From assembly GCF_001194135.2 (NCBI RefSeq), contig NC_069005.1:29979642-30023631 (forward strand): DNA of 43,990 bases. Direction: 5' to 3'. A program made the translations under genes and the position numbers. Numbering within the stretch: position 1 is the stretch's first letter; the number at the start of each line of letters is the position of its first letter. Below the pieces are notes generated by a model. That model was given only the letters and a program-made list of their open reading frames with translations. It was not told the origin of the DNA and did no database searches. This document shows positions 1 to 11,500 of the stretch, piece by piece. Source of the DNA: Octopus bimaculoides (Eukaryota).

Positions 1-210
1 AAGGTTTACATACTATCAAACCAGAGAGATAATTTAGTTTCATTATCAGAGAAACCTAACTCAAAACCTTGTGTTCAATGAGTAACATGGAAATGTGTTG
101 ACTGAGAGCATTTATACATTAATTAATTAATTAATTAATTAAAACGTGGTGGAAGGACCCAGGGTGGGTTTTTTTTTTTTGAGATATTTTTTTGGAATAA
201 AAGTGTGTCT

Positions 211-211
<1 letters not shown>

Positions 212-257
<46 letters not shown>

Positions 258-570
258 ACTTATTGTATACAGTGCTCAGGTGCACTGCAACTCATCAGAA
301 AAAGTGGCCAAAACTGCATGAACAATACTCAGAATATGCACAAGAAGTGAATAGTGAAAGGGTCTTAAAACAAAAAGAAAGGGAAGAAAAAGCAATGGAG
401 GTAGGGGTGTCAGGTGTACTTTTGATGAATTTCAAGAAGCATGGAAGTTTTGAAGGGTGTAGTGTCTCAACTGCTAACAACTGATGCAAGTAGTTTATTT
501 CCATGGTTCAGCAATTCTGACTGTGAAAACAATGTCTCCAAAAGTCATGGGTGCTGTGTTGTTTTTTCAT
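212..570 (-). mobile_element. 3' end of a degraded CR1-clade LINE (RT C-terminus, 3' UTR, (TAT)n tail)
   Basis: Minus strand reads approximately HDFWRHCFTVRIAEPW(N)KL-ASVVS...(S)FKTSML-EIH with frameshifts, the FF-xRV-xxWNxLP motif ending CR1-type reverse transcriptases. An (AAT)n tract at 212-255 lies where the tail is expected. Confidence 0.7.
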
Positions 571-700
571 TTTGTAAGCATGTCCACGAGTGTTAGACAA
601 ATGGAGCACTCGTAATATCGGTCAAATATGGCATCTTTCCTTTCGGAGAGGTCTGGACTCCTGTCGGTTATTATTTATTATGTCACTAAACACACCCAGG

Positions 701-732
<32 letters not shown>

Positions 733-1267
733 CCCTCTCCTCCCCTCCCCCTCCCTTGTCTTTCATGGTGTTGACAGTTCTGCCAACTCATCTCGTGGTT
801 TGTCGAAGCCCATCAGGTGCTTCACTCCACTGCACCAATCAGTCGAGAATGTCATTGCAAGAGTTTGACCAGCAGTGTGCACAGTGGTGCATTTAATTAG
901 GTTTCCGTTTCATCTACTTCGCTGAACTGCATGGCGTTGTTGCACTTATCTGCAAGTATTTTATGCAGCGTGGCATTTCATGCATCACATTTCAATTTCA
1001 GTTTGTGTACTCTTCTGCATATGTATGTATGTGTGTGCATGTATGTATACACATGTATATATGTGTATATGGCATAACAACAACAACAAAGACTTTTGTA
1101 TGTAGCAGCTGATGAAGGACCCCAGCAGCTGGTGAAACGCTGTGTTGGAACCGATCTGTGTAGCTCATGCCAGTACAGGGGAGCTGTAATGTTCATGCAA
1201 TTGAAATATGTGAAATAACTAAGGCCTTTCTGGTGCTGAGCTTAGTCTAAGTCGAACTAGAAATTAA

Positions 1268-1489
1268 CCCTTTAGTGTTCGGATTATTCTCTCAAATGTG
1301 ACGTTTGTTTGTTTATATTGTTTTGAATTAATCATGCATTATCTTGTAGTTTAGAGATTTCAGTGATGTGATTTTTTTTAGTTTGAGAATGACATGGTAG
1401 GGCTGAGGTGAGAGGCCAGATCTGGTCAGTTTCTGTATAAAACAGGTTAAATATTTTGGTTGGATATAGCCAGTTTGAATGCTAAAGGG
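1268..1489. mobile_element. 222-bp TTAA-flanked MITE with piggyBac-like ends
   Basis: TTAA (1264-1267) CCCTTTAG ... CTAAAGGG TTAA (1490-1493). A homologous copy in opposite orientation starts at 36610. Confidence 0.75.
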
Positions 1490-1527
1490 TTAAATATGTT
1501 TAGCTAACCTGATTTTGTTCTTCTTTA

Positions 1528-1868
1528 CATTCTGAGTTCAAATTTCATTGAGGTTGATTTTGTCTTTCATCCTTTTAGGGTCGATAAAAAAAAAAAGCGT
1601 ACCATTTGAGAACTGGGGTCGATGTAGTCGACTTATCCTCTCCTCCGAAATTGCTGGTCTTGTGCTAAAATTTCAAATCTCTAAAATCAAAATCACTTCA
1701 GCGTTTCATCTGTCTTCATGCTCTGAGTTCAAATTCCACTGAGGTTGACTTTGCCTTTTGTCCTTTTGGGGTTGATAAAATAAAGTACCAGTCAAATACA
1801 GGGGGCTGATGTAATCAACTTATCCCCTCTTCTTCAGAGTTGCTGGCCTTGTGCTAGTATTTGAAATC
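1528..1868 (+). mobile_element. Two tandem partial copies of SINE family B
   Basis: Shared motif ttctgagttcaaattc...gaggt(c/t)gactttgcctttcatcc...ggggtcgat(g)taatcgac recurs at 10 or more places in the window. From memory the central motif resembles the MetaSINE conserved domain (unverified). Confidence 0.7.
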
Positions 1869-1869
1869 A

Positions 1870-2695
1870 ATATTACTACTATCACCACTCGACAACAGCA
1901 TCACAGCTACTACCACTGTGGACACTACAACCATAACAACAATTACCACCACCACCAGCATCACAACAATTACCACCAGCATCACAACAATTACCACCAT
2001 CATCACCACTACAACTGACAATAGTATAACCACCACCACCAATACCATCTCCGCTACTAGCTTTACTAGCATCTCCAATATCATCACCACCACCACTCCC
2101 TGACCCCTAATGTCCCTACTATGTTCATCATCATCGTCACTACTATCACCACTACAACCCCGGTACCATCACTCACATCACCATTGCCACCACCACCACC
2201 ACCACCATGACGACAACTACAACAACAACCACCACCACTGCCATGGCCAATACCAACAAACCACTACTGTTACTGCTATCTCACTATCACCACCACCGCC
2301 ACTACAATTGCTGCTACCAACACCATCACCACCACTGCCACTACTGACCCCACAACCACCATCACACTACCACTGTTATTGCTGTCTCAGTATCACCACC
2401 ATCACCATAAATTCTATCATGCCACCACCACCACCAATACCATCACTCTCACCACCACCTCCACAAATTCTATCAAGTTGCCATCACTCCACCGCCATCT
2501 CCACTACCACCGCCACCACTACCACCACAGCCATAAAATCTATCATGCCGCCACNNNNNNNNNNTATCATGCTGCCGCTGCCATCACCACCACAAATTCT
2601 ATTATGCTGCCACCATCTCCACCACCACCACCACCACCACCACCATCATCTCCACCGCCACTACCATCTCCACCGCCACCACCGTCACCACTGTG
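1870..2695. repeat. (ACC/ACT/ATC)n cryptic triplet repeat region
   Basis: Mixed triplet runs with a recurring aaattctatcatg motif; source of the poly-T/H/P ORFs in the track. Similar tracts at 4850-5310, 6200-6600, 8550-8640, 30040-30190, 33470-33930 and 35440-35890. Confidence 0.85.
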
Positions 2696-3699
2696 AACTG
2701 AGTCAGATAAATTGATTGTTATATAAAGTAACTGTTGATTGACCTACTGATGCTGTACACACACATACACACACACACACACACACAGAGAGGATGTGTA
2801 TATGAAGAGAATCAGATGTGTAGCGCATTGCGCGCGCGTGTATGTATATGTGTATATCGTTCTGCAGTGTGCTGTGTATGTATTATACGTGTCTGTGTAG
2901 TGTGTGTCTGCGTGTGCATATTGGAGGAGTCAGCGATATCAATCGATTGTAATATATAGCTTTAAACTGTTGATTCACTAACTGAAGGTGTGTACACGGA
3001 AGTCAGGTGGGTGTATGTATGAGTGTATTTGTATACCGAGCGTGTGTACATGTGTATTCTATATGTGTTCATATGCGTTTGTGTTGTATGAACTGAATTA
3101 GCTTTTCTCCCTCTCGCTCTCTCTCTCTCTCTGTGTCTCTCCCCCCCTCTCTCTCTCTCTAAATATATACATGCATACATGCACACGTGTTTGGATGTAT
3201 ACATTGAACTCTTGCGTTATATATTCCTTCCTTGCTTTACATGCTCTGCTATTTGTCGACCATTCTTCCTGTCTGTTCGGTTTCACCTAGTTTCACTCGG
3301 AACATTAAAGTCATAGCACCAACTACCTGTTGGAGCGGTGTGCACTCTCAGTGATTAGATATCTTACCTAGCTGGATGAATTAGGTGTGTCTAGCATCAG
3401 GAGGGGCATCTGGCTGGAAAGACAGACTCAAAATGAAGTGTAATAATAATAATAATAATAATAATAATGATGATTTCTTTTATTGGCCACTAGGGCCCAA
3501 GACATGGAGGACAATATTGAGGTAACTTTTTGGCACAAATTTCAGGATATTGAGACTGTTGTAGGGACAATTCCAAGCTTATGTTGCCATTCTTGAGTCA
3601 CTTGAAGTTACAGAATGCCAAACAGTTGTTTTAACTCCTTATTCATGTTTCCATTCTCCAGCTGAGCAGAGAGAAGGTACAGATTTAGCATCATGAATT

Positions 3700-3920
3700 T
3701 AGCATGATATTCCTCCACTTTGTTAGTGAGTGTTGTTTATCACTTATTAGTAGCCAACAACCTAAAGCAATCACTGCAAAAGAGCAAGCTTCCATACAAC
3801 AGGTGTGCAGACATGTCAGGAATTGTGCTGGTGAGTTTTGGGAAGCATGGAATTCCATGTGGCAATGTTTTAAGGCTCAGAATTGTGAAAGCATGGAATA
3901 AACTACCCTCATCAGTGTCC
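3700..3920 (+). mobile_element. Degraded CR1-clade LINE 3' fragment (+ strand)
   Basis: Reads ...SFGKH...LRLRIVKAWNKLPSSV (track ORF 3720-3953). Confidence 0.65.
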
Positions 3921-3959
3921 CTTTGGAATGCAGTGGAGGCAGTGGAATTTTAGAAGGAT

Positions 3960-4470
3960 GCAGGAAGTTTATTCCATGACATTTCTGAGCTTTAAAAAAA
4001 TGCCACATGGATTTTTTGAAAGACGCAGGGTTCTGACAGCTACCAACTGATGAGGGCAGTTTATTCCATGCTTTCACAATTCTGAGCTTTAAAAAAGTGT
4101 TGCCAAAAGTCATAGATGCTGTACTAGTTTTTGATTTTGACAAGCAATGTTTCATAAGTAGTTGAGATATTGAATTCAAAATGGTGGCCAAAGTTGTTGA
4201 GAAAGACATCAGACGACTTTGTGGGCGTCCATCAATAAACTTTAGTGTGTTGATGTCCAGAGAAGCAATACGTTTAAGATATATTGAATGAATGGCAGAG
4301 GGTATTTGTCTCGCTGCACATCTTTGGACAGCTTCCAGTAAATTGATATTCTGAATAAGACACAGATTTCAGACTGTAACTGCAAACTGTAAGTTTGGAT
4401 GTAACATTGTCATAATTAGCACAGTATAAGTTCAATATGCCTTTGGAATTGTCAAAGACATGCTTCAATT
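3960..4470 (-). mobile_element. Degraded CR1-clade LINE RT C-terminal fragment (- strand) with a duplicated 3' motif
   Basis: Minus strand reads ...NINLLEAVQRCAARQIPSAI..., then FGNTFLKLRIVKAWNKLPSSVGSCQNPASFKKSM. A second partial copy of the WNKL motif lies at about 3965-4010. Confidence 0.75.
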
Positions 4471-4579
4471 TTTCTTAAAATTGATTAAAATAAATGAAAT
4501 AATGATGAATACACATGTACGTGTACATGAAGAACAAAATGTCATTAGATTATGAATATGTTGGGGGCACTGATTGAAG

Positions 4580-4643
<64 letters not shown>

Positions 4644-4661
4644 TGCACATATACTTTGTAC

Positions 4662-4699
<38 letters not shown>

Positions 4700-4717
4700 G
4701 TTTTCTTAGTAAAAATA

Positions 4718-4756
<39 letters not shown>

Positions 4757-5419
4757 CAAATATATTTTTCTGCATATATATATTTCTGAGTTAATCAAGG
4801 GAATAAATTACACATGCACACACACACACATGCATACACATATCTTTAACACCATCATCATCATTGCACTTAAACACAATGGCATACATTGTAATCTTTA
4901 CTATACCTTAACACACTCACATCACATGTACACACACACACACTCACATCATCATCACTATCATCATTACTTGATCGCACACGTGCTGTCATCATGCTTT
5001 CATAATGTACACACGCGCACTCAGACACACATCCACAAGCATCATCATTACAATACACACCACTACTACTACTACTACCATCATCATCATCATCAACAGT
5101 ACCACCACCTTTGTCGTCATCACTATCTCCACCACCAGCACCATCGTCGTTGTCATCATGACCATTACTGTCATCTTCTTAATCACCACAGTCAGCTTAA
5201 TTACCATAGTTGCTGTCATCACTATACTGTCAGTCACCACCACCATCAGCTCCACCACCACCACCACCACCACCACCACCACCACCCTCTTAACCCTAAT
5301 CATCTTAATCATCACCACACTAATATCTACAGATATATTTCACTCTCTCTCTCTCTCTCTCCTTCTTTCTTATTCCCTCTGATTTTGTCTTACTCCTATC
5401 TCTTACTCTTTCACTCCCA

Positions 5420-5454
<35 letters not shown>

Positions 5455-7714
5455 TTTGCATATTTGTCTCTCTATTTCTTAATTTCTTACTCTCATTCTC
5501 TCTCCTTCCTTTCTCTCTGTCTTTCCTTTCTCTCTCACTCCCTCACTATCTCTCTCCTATCTCTGTCTTTCTCTTCATACTCTCCTACTCTCTCTCTCTC
5601 TGTCTTTCCATTCTCTTTCACTGCTTTTCCCTCTCTCTCTTAGTCTTCTTTTCTCTCTCTCTCTCACTCCCTTTCCCTCTCTCTCTCTTCTTACTTTCTC
5701 TCTATCTTTCTCACCATTCTCTCTCTCTCTCTCTCTCTCAGTTCCTGTTATACTCCTCCTGCCACTCAGTCACTACTCCAACTCCCCCCCCTTCCAGTCT
5801 TTGCTAGTCTCCCCTGTTCACACATCCTCTCTCTCTCTCTCTCTCCACATCCCCCTCCCCCTCCACAATTTCGTGATTCTTCTTTTCCTCAGGTTTTGGA
5901 GTGAAATCTTTNNNNNNNNNNNNNNNNNNNNNNNNNNNNNNNNNNNNNNNNNNNNNNNNNNNNNNNNNNNNNNNNNNNNNNNNNNNNNNNNNNNNNNNNN
6001 NNNNNNNNNNNNNNNNNNNNNNNNNNNNNNNNNNNNNNNNNNNNNNNNNNNNNNNNNNNNNNNNNNNNNNNNNNNNNNNNNNNNNNNNNNNNNNNNNNNN
6101 NNNNNNNNNNNNNNNNNNNNNNNNNNNNNNNNNNNNNNNNNNNNNNNNNNNNNNNNNNNNNNNNNNNNNNNNNNNNNNNNNNNNNNNNNNNNNNNNNNNG
6201 GTGGTGGTGGTGGTGGTGGTGGTGGTGCTACTGATTGAAATGGTGCTGCTGGTTGACGTGGTGGTGGTGATGGTCTATGTGGTAGCGGTGGTGGTGCTTG
6301 AAGTGATAGTGTTGGTGGTGGTGGTCATGATAGTGTTACTGATTGGAATAGTGCTTCTAGTTGATGTGGTGGTGATGGTGGTGGTATATGTGGTAGCAGA
6401 GGTGTTTTAAGTGGTGGTGGCGGTAGTGGTGCTAGTTGTGATGCAGTGTTAAAAGTAGTGGTGATAGATACAGTGGATGATGGCAGTGGTGGCGGTGGTG
6501 TGTGACTGTGGTAGTGGTGGTGGTGGTGGTGGTAGTGGTGGTGGTAGTGGTAGTGGTGGCGGTGGTGGTGGTGATGGCAGTGGTGGTGGTGCTAGAAGCA
6601 AGTTGTCTTCATCATCACTACTGCAGGTGGAGCCCTAGTGCTGNNNNNNNNNNNNNNNNNNNNNNNNNNNNNNNNNNNNNNNNNNNNNNNNNNNNNNNNN
6701 NNNNNNNNNNNNNNNNNNNNNNNNNNNNNNNNNNNNNNNNNNNNNNNNNNNNNNNNNNNNNNNNNNNNNNNNNNNNNNNNNNNNNNNNNNNNNNNNNNNN
6801 NNNNNNNNNNNNNNNNNNNNNNNNNNNNNNNNNNNNNNNNNNNNNNNNNNNNNNNNNNNNNNNNNNNNNNNNNNNNNNNNNNNNNNNNNNNNNNNNNNNN
6901 NNNNNNNNNNNNNNNNNNNNNNNNNNNNNNNNNNNNNNNNNNNNNNNNNNNNNNNNNNNNNNNNNNNNNNNNNNNNNNNNNNNNNNNNNNNNNNNNNNNN
7001 NNNNNNNNNNNNNNNNNNNNNNNNNNNNNNNNNNNNNNNNNNNNNNNNNNNNNNNNNNNNGAGATGTCGACAAGGGTGGGAGTGGGGGATGACAAGGGGT
7101 GGTGCAGTGGGGGATGGAAAAGTAACTGCGATGTTGTTGTTGATGGTGATGATAATGATGTTTGTGTGTGTGTATGTGGAGGGGGAGATGAGATGAGGAG
7201 AGTGGGGAGAGAATCCCTATCTCTTGCTTTTTTTACCCCCCCCCACTCCTGCTTCCATGCCATTACCTCCCCCCTTCATTACTAGCTTACAGGTTGTTGT
7301 TGATGGTGGTAGTGGTGGTAGTTATGGTAGGGATGATGATGATGATGATGTTGGTGTGGTGCAGATGTGATAAACCCGCTTTGAGGCATCTCTCCTCCTC
7401 CTCTTCCAAGATTCTCCTGGATCCTTGTGTATGAGTGTGTGTGTGAAGGGAGCACCCCTGGGAGGATGTTGAGGTGAAATGAGGGGAGGGGCTAATGTGT
7501 GCATGTAAGGAAACTGCAAAAAAAAAAAAAAGGAAATCTATAAGACACTATCATGGTTCCCTTCCATCTTCCATCTCCTCCCACTAGCTCTACCAACCCT
7601 AACCCCTACTGACACCAACCATTTTGCTATCTTTCACTTTAATGTAAAGATTTTGTTTGGAGGGAAAAAACAAAAATATTATTATTGTAAACTAATTTTG
7701 TTTCTTTCCAGAAA

Positions 7715-8175
7715 ATTCTGAGACTATGGATATTCTCCAACTATCTCATTCTTAAGCTACCTCCAAGTCTTCTGCTGGTTCATTCAGCTTTAAGAATCTA
7801 TCTTGTGATTCTGATATTCTAATCACATGTCTGTTGTATCAAAGCAATGACCTCTTCAATGTGGAGAAGTGGCTTGACCTGGAGAGACTCTTTTTATATC
7901 CAAACTATGTACTCTGTCAAGTAACATTACTCCAGAGATCCTTTGGTGGTCGCCCCATTTTGGCCTCTGGTATTCATGATTGTATTATTTCGGTCATTAG
8001 CCAACATTTTTGACCAACTGAGATTATGGATATTATCCAACCATCTCATTTTCATGCTACCCCTAAATTTCCTGCTGGTTGGGTCCATTTGGAAGAACCT
8101 GTCTTATGATCATTTCCCACAACATCCTAATCACAGGTCTGAAGTTTTCAAGCTGTGACCCCTCAATGTGGAGAT
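7715..8175 (-). mobile_element. Two adjacent degraded RTE-clade LINE 3' RT fragments (7715-7940 and 8010-8175)
   Basis: Minus strand reads QRISGVMLLDRVHSLDI...QVKPLLHIE and LHIEGSQL...VIRML...IRQVL...MRWLDNIHNLSWS, matching the RTE C-terminal pattern GVTLLDRVRS-DIR...LLHIERSQLRW-GHV-RM...RW-D-I. The two copies align as a direct repeat with a period of about 300 bp. Confidence 0.7.
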
Positions 8176-9132
8176 GTAGAATTTCTTACACATGGGAAAA
8201 ATATTCTTGACAAGCAGCTTCTCTCTCTCTCATATTCCACATAGCATAATCCCATTTCTTCACTTATCTGATTTGTACCTTTTGTTTCCTGCAATCCACA
8301 CCACCACCACCACCACCGCCCAACCCGGGCCTCAAAGCCTTCCTGTAATTCATTTTTGATTGTCCATTAACAGTTCATTAATAATTATAATTAATAACGG
8401 TACCTACAACAACACAAATGATTTTTCATATTAGACGGAACTTCTGAATAAAAAAAAAAAGCTAAATCCAAAATAACACAAACTGATTCAGCAGAAATCT
8501 TTTCTGAATAAAAATACATCTAGCACACAGCATGCAAGAATGAGGTCAATAACCACCACCATCACCACCACCATCATCACCACCACCACCACCACCATCA
8601 CCATCATCACCAACAACACCAACACCACCACTTGTACACCCAACCAGCTGACACTGTATATTTATCAGTAAGACAAGCAGTTACCATAAATCTATGTTGT
8701 GCTGCACCCCCTGGGGAATAACACTCCAGATATATTTGGTGTCACTGTGGGAGATATTGATGGGGAAACCATGGAGGCGGCGGAGGCGGCATAGAACCTC
8801 AGTTAAAAATAACAATAACTGTGTTGAGCCTATATGTGGTCGTTAGACATGCTAGAAATACTAGTCGAATCTAGTTCCCATCGATATGACACAATTGCAA
8901 TTTTTTAGTGGTTTTGTTTTTTGAAAAAAAAAAAAAACAGAATGGCCTTTTGAATGGTGTAGTCTTAGATACATTATGACGGTATCTAATCTTTTATCTT
9001 TTTACTTGGTTTCAGTCATTGGACTGTGACCATGCTGGAGCACCACATTGAAGGGTTTTAGTCAAGTTTGGTACTTATTCTGTCAGTCTCTTTTCTCAGT
9101 GATTAGGGTTATAATGGTGATTAGGGTATAAT

Positions 9133-9259
9133 GGTGATTATAAAGGTACAGCAGCTTGGAAGACTCACTCTGATCGTTCTGATAAGAAAAGAACTCCTGA
9201 ATTTGTTGGCGAGATCTTGACCATGATTGACAACAATTCCTCCAAGACAATCAGGTCCA
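9133..9259 (+). mobile_element. Tc1/mariner (maT-like) transposase fragment, DNA-binding region
   Basis: Open frame GDYKGTAAWKTHSDRSDKKRTPEFVGEILTMIDNNSSKTIRS. RTPE...I...I...P..SIR is typical of the second HTH of maT transposases. Confidence 0.65.
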
Positions 9260-9419
9260 CTCAGCTTGTACTTATTTTATCGACTGTGAAAGAGGAAGGA
9301 CAAAGTTGACCTCAGTGAAGTGTGAGCTCAGACTCTAAAGCCAAAAGAAAAGCCACTAGGCATTTTGTCCAGCATGCCAATGGTTCTGTTAGCTCTAAGT
9401 GCTAATGTCCACCACCATA

Positions 9420-9460
<41 letters not shown>

Positions 9461-9484
9461 ACTAATAATAATAATTCAAAAGGT

Positions 9485-9940
9485 GGGTGAGTTTCTTTTG
9501 AGTGTGGGTCCTTACGGAGGCAATGACCAAGCCCTTTAGCATTATGTTGTGCTTGAGAAGACCCATTAAACCAAGTAAAATCACAATCGTGGCAGATACC
9601 GGTGTCATGCAAATTGGCACCAGTGCCACAGTGATGGACCTGATTGACTTGGAAGGGATCGTTGTCAATCATTGCCTGGATTTCACCAACAAATTCAGGA
9701 GTTCTTTTCTTATCAGTAAAAGCACCCCAGTGTCACGCAAATGGCACCCGTGCCGCTGGTATGTAATAGCAACAATTATACTCTTGGAGTGGTTAGTGTT
9801 AGGAAGGGCATCCAGTTGTAGAAAACCATGCCAAATCAGACTGGAGTCTGGTGCAGCCTTCCAGTGTGCCAACCCTGGTCAAACCATCCAACCCTTGCCA
9901 GCATGGACAACGGACATTAAATGATGATGATGATGATGAT
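9485..9940 (+). mobile_element. Interspersed repeat family C, ending in acggacattaaa(tga)n
   Basis: Motif gtggttagtgttaggaagggcatccagttgtagaaa...ccatccaacc...gcatgga...gacattaaatgatgatg is shared with copies at 13415-13620, 20216-20425, 20640-20830 and 32660-32815. Confidence 0.7.
9635..9716 (-). mobile_element. Second maT-like transposase fragment, embedded in a family C repeat
   Basis: Reverse complement of 9179-9259 (31 bp identical). Reads SDKKRTPEFVGEIQAMIDNDP. Confidence 0.65.
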
Positions 9941-10451
9941 GGATTTCTTACATAGATATGAAGGGGTGATTAGTCTATTAAATCGACTGGTCTTGGAAGG
10001 CTGAAAAGAAAAGTTGACCTTTGTGGAATTTGAACTCAGAATGCAAAGATCTGGCAGGAATATTGCCGGTGGTGGGTGGGTGAGTGAAGGAGTGTGGCGT
10101 AAGTTGGTTTGATACTAATAAGAATTAATGATCTGTGGTCTGAAATATAGAGAGGCACAAGACAAATACTGTTTTACTTTATTTTTTTTTAAATGACACA
10201 ACTTGCACAGCTGCTGAAAAATGGTGTTTGTTGTGGAAATAGGTGACATGATGATGATGATGATGTAGTTTGTGATGGTGATGAAACTGTAGCTGAGGAC
10301 AACGATGATTATGATAATGGTGTAGATAATACTGATTCTATTGTTGATGGTGATGATGATGATGATGATATTTAATAGTTTTTTCATTTTGTATTCTGTT
10401 TTTCCAACTTGTTTACCTGAACAGCTGTTGACCCCATTTGCTGGAACTCAT

Positions 10452-10530
10452 TGTCTGCCTGCCTTCCTGTCTGTATGTCTGCCTGCCTTCCTGTCTGTAT
10501 GTCTGCCTGCCTTCCTGTCTCTATGTCTGC
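10452..10530. repeat. 24-bp tandem repeat, 3 copies
   Basis: tgtctgcctgccttcctgtctgta repeated, grading into a (ctgc/ctgt)-rich tract. Confidence 0.85.
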
Positions 10531-10951
10531 CTGTCTGTTTCACTGCTTTTTGGCCTGTCTTACTGCCAGCTGGCCTACCTGTGTGTTTCTGCCTACCTGT
10601 CTGTCTCCTTACCTGTTTGCCTGTCACTTTGTCTATTTTACTGCCTGTTTGCCCACCTGTTTGTCCCTGTGTCTATCTGTCTATCTTAACTGCCCGACTG
10701 CTTCTCTGTTTTGCTTTCTGCCCATCTTACTGCCAATCTGAGGATCTCTTCATGTGCCATGCCTCTTTTACAAGCCTTAGGGATTTTGGCCCTTCACGCC
10801 AAAGTCTGAAAATTCATGAGGCACAGGACCTATTTCAACCTCAGGCAAGGAGACTGGTTCATGTGACATCAGAGCATGTCTGCACACCTGTGGGACTGAG
10901 TGTCACCTATCTACAAGCCAGCCCTCCTCCAGATCCTGTATGTCATAGCCA

Positions 10952-11375
10952 TGGTTGTGTGGTAAGTAGCTTGCTTACCAACCACATGGTTCTGGGTTCA
11001 GTCCCACTGCATGACACCTTTGGCAAGTGTCTTCTACTATAACCTCAGTCCAACCAAAGCCTTGTGAGAGGATTTGGTAGATGGAAACTGAAAGAAGCCT
11101 GTCGTATATGTATGTATGTATGTATGTATATGTATGTATATATCTGTGTGTTTGTGTTTGTCCTCCCATCACTACTTCACAACCGGTGTTGGTGTGTTTA
11201 TGTCCCTGTAGCTTGATGATTCGGCAAAAGAGACCAATAGAATAAGTACTGGGCTTAAGGAATAAGTCCAGGGGTCAATTTGTTCGACTAAAAAAATCCT
11301 TCAAGATGGTGCTCCATCATGGCCGCAGTCAAATGACTGAAACAAGTAAAAGAATAAAAGAAAAGAAAGAATAAA
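10952..11375 (+). mobile_element. tRNA-derived SINE family A, near full length
   Basis: Head ggttgtgtggtaag...gggttcagtccc (A/B-box-like), CORE-like ccttgggcaagtgtcttctactat, internal (TA/TG)n tract and (aaaag)n-like tail. At least 9 copies in the window. Confidence 0.8.
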
Positions 11376-11500
11376 CAAACACATGCACTATACACCTGTC
11401 CTTCACTTCAGCTTTACGATATTGTTGTTCCTATTTTAGCGTCCTTTCTCTGAAATCTTTCATCACACATCCTATGACCTGTTTAGTCCATTCTCTAGAG

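Noticed and set aside
146-484. 112-aa ORF with poly-Ile
   Set aside because: Antisense reading of a CR1 3' end plus an (AAT)n tract.
1105-1155. ctgatga...gaaac hammerhead-like motif
   Set aside because: Stem II is out of register with the core and no stem I pairing is possible. At most a decayed remnant.
4830-5807. Long low-complexity ORFs (poly-[16 protein letters not shown]) throughout the track, including all X-containing ORFs
   Set aside because: Products of stop-free microsatellites and N-gaps, with no domain signal.
9502-9924. 140-aa ORF
   Set aside because: Spans a family C repeat and an antisense transposase fragment; a chance open frame.
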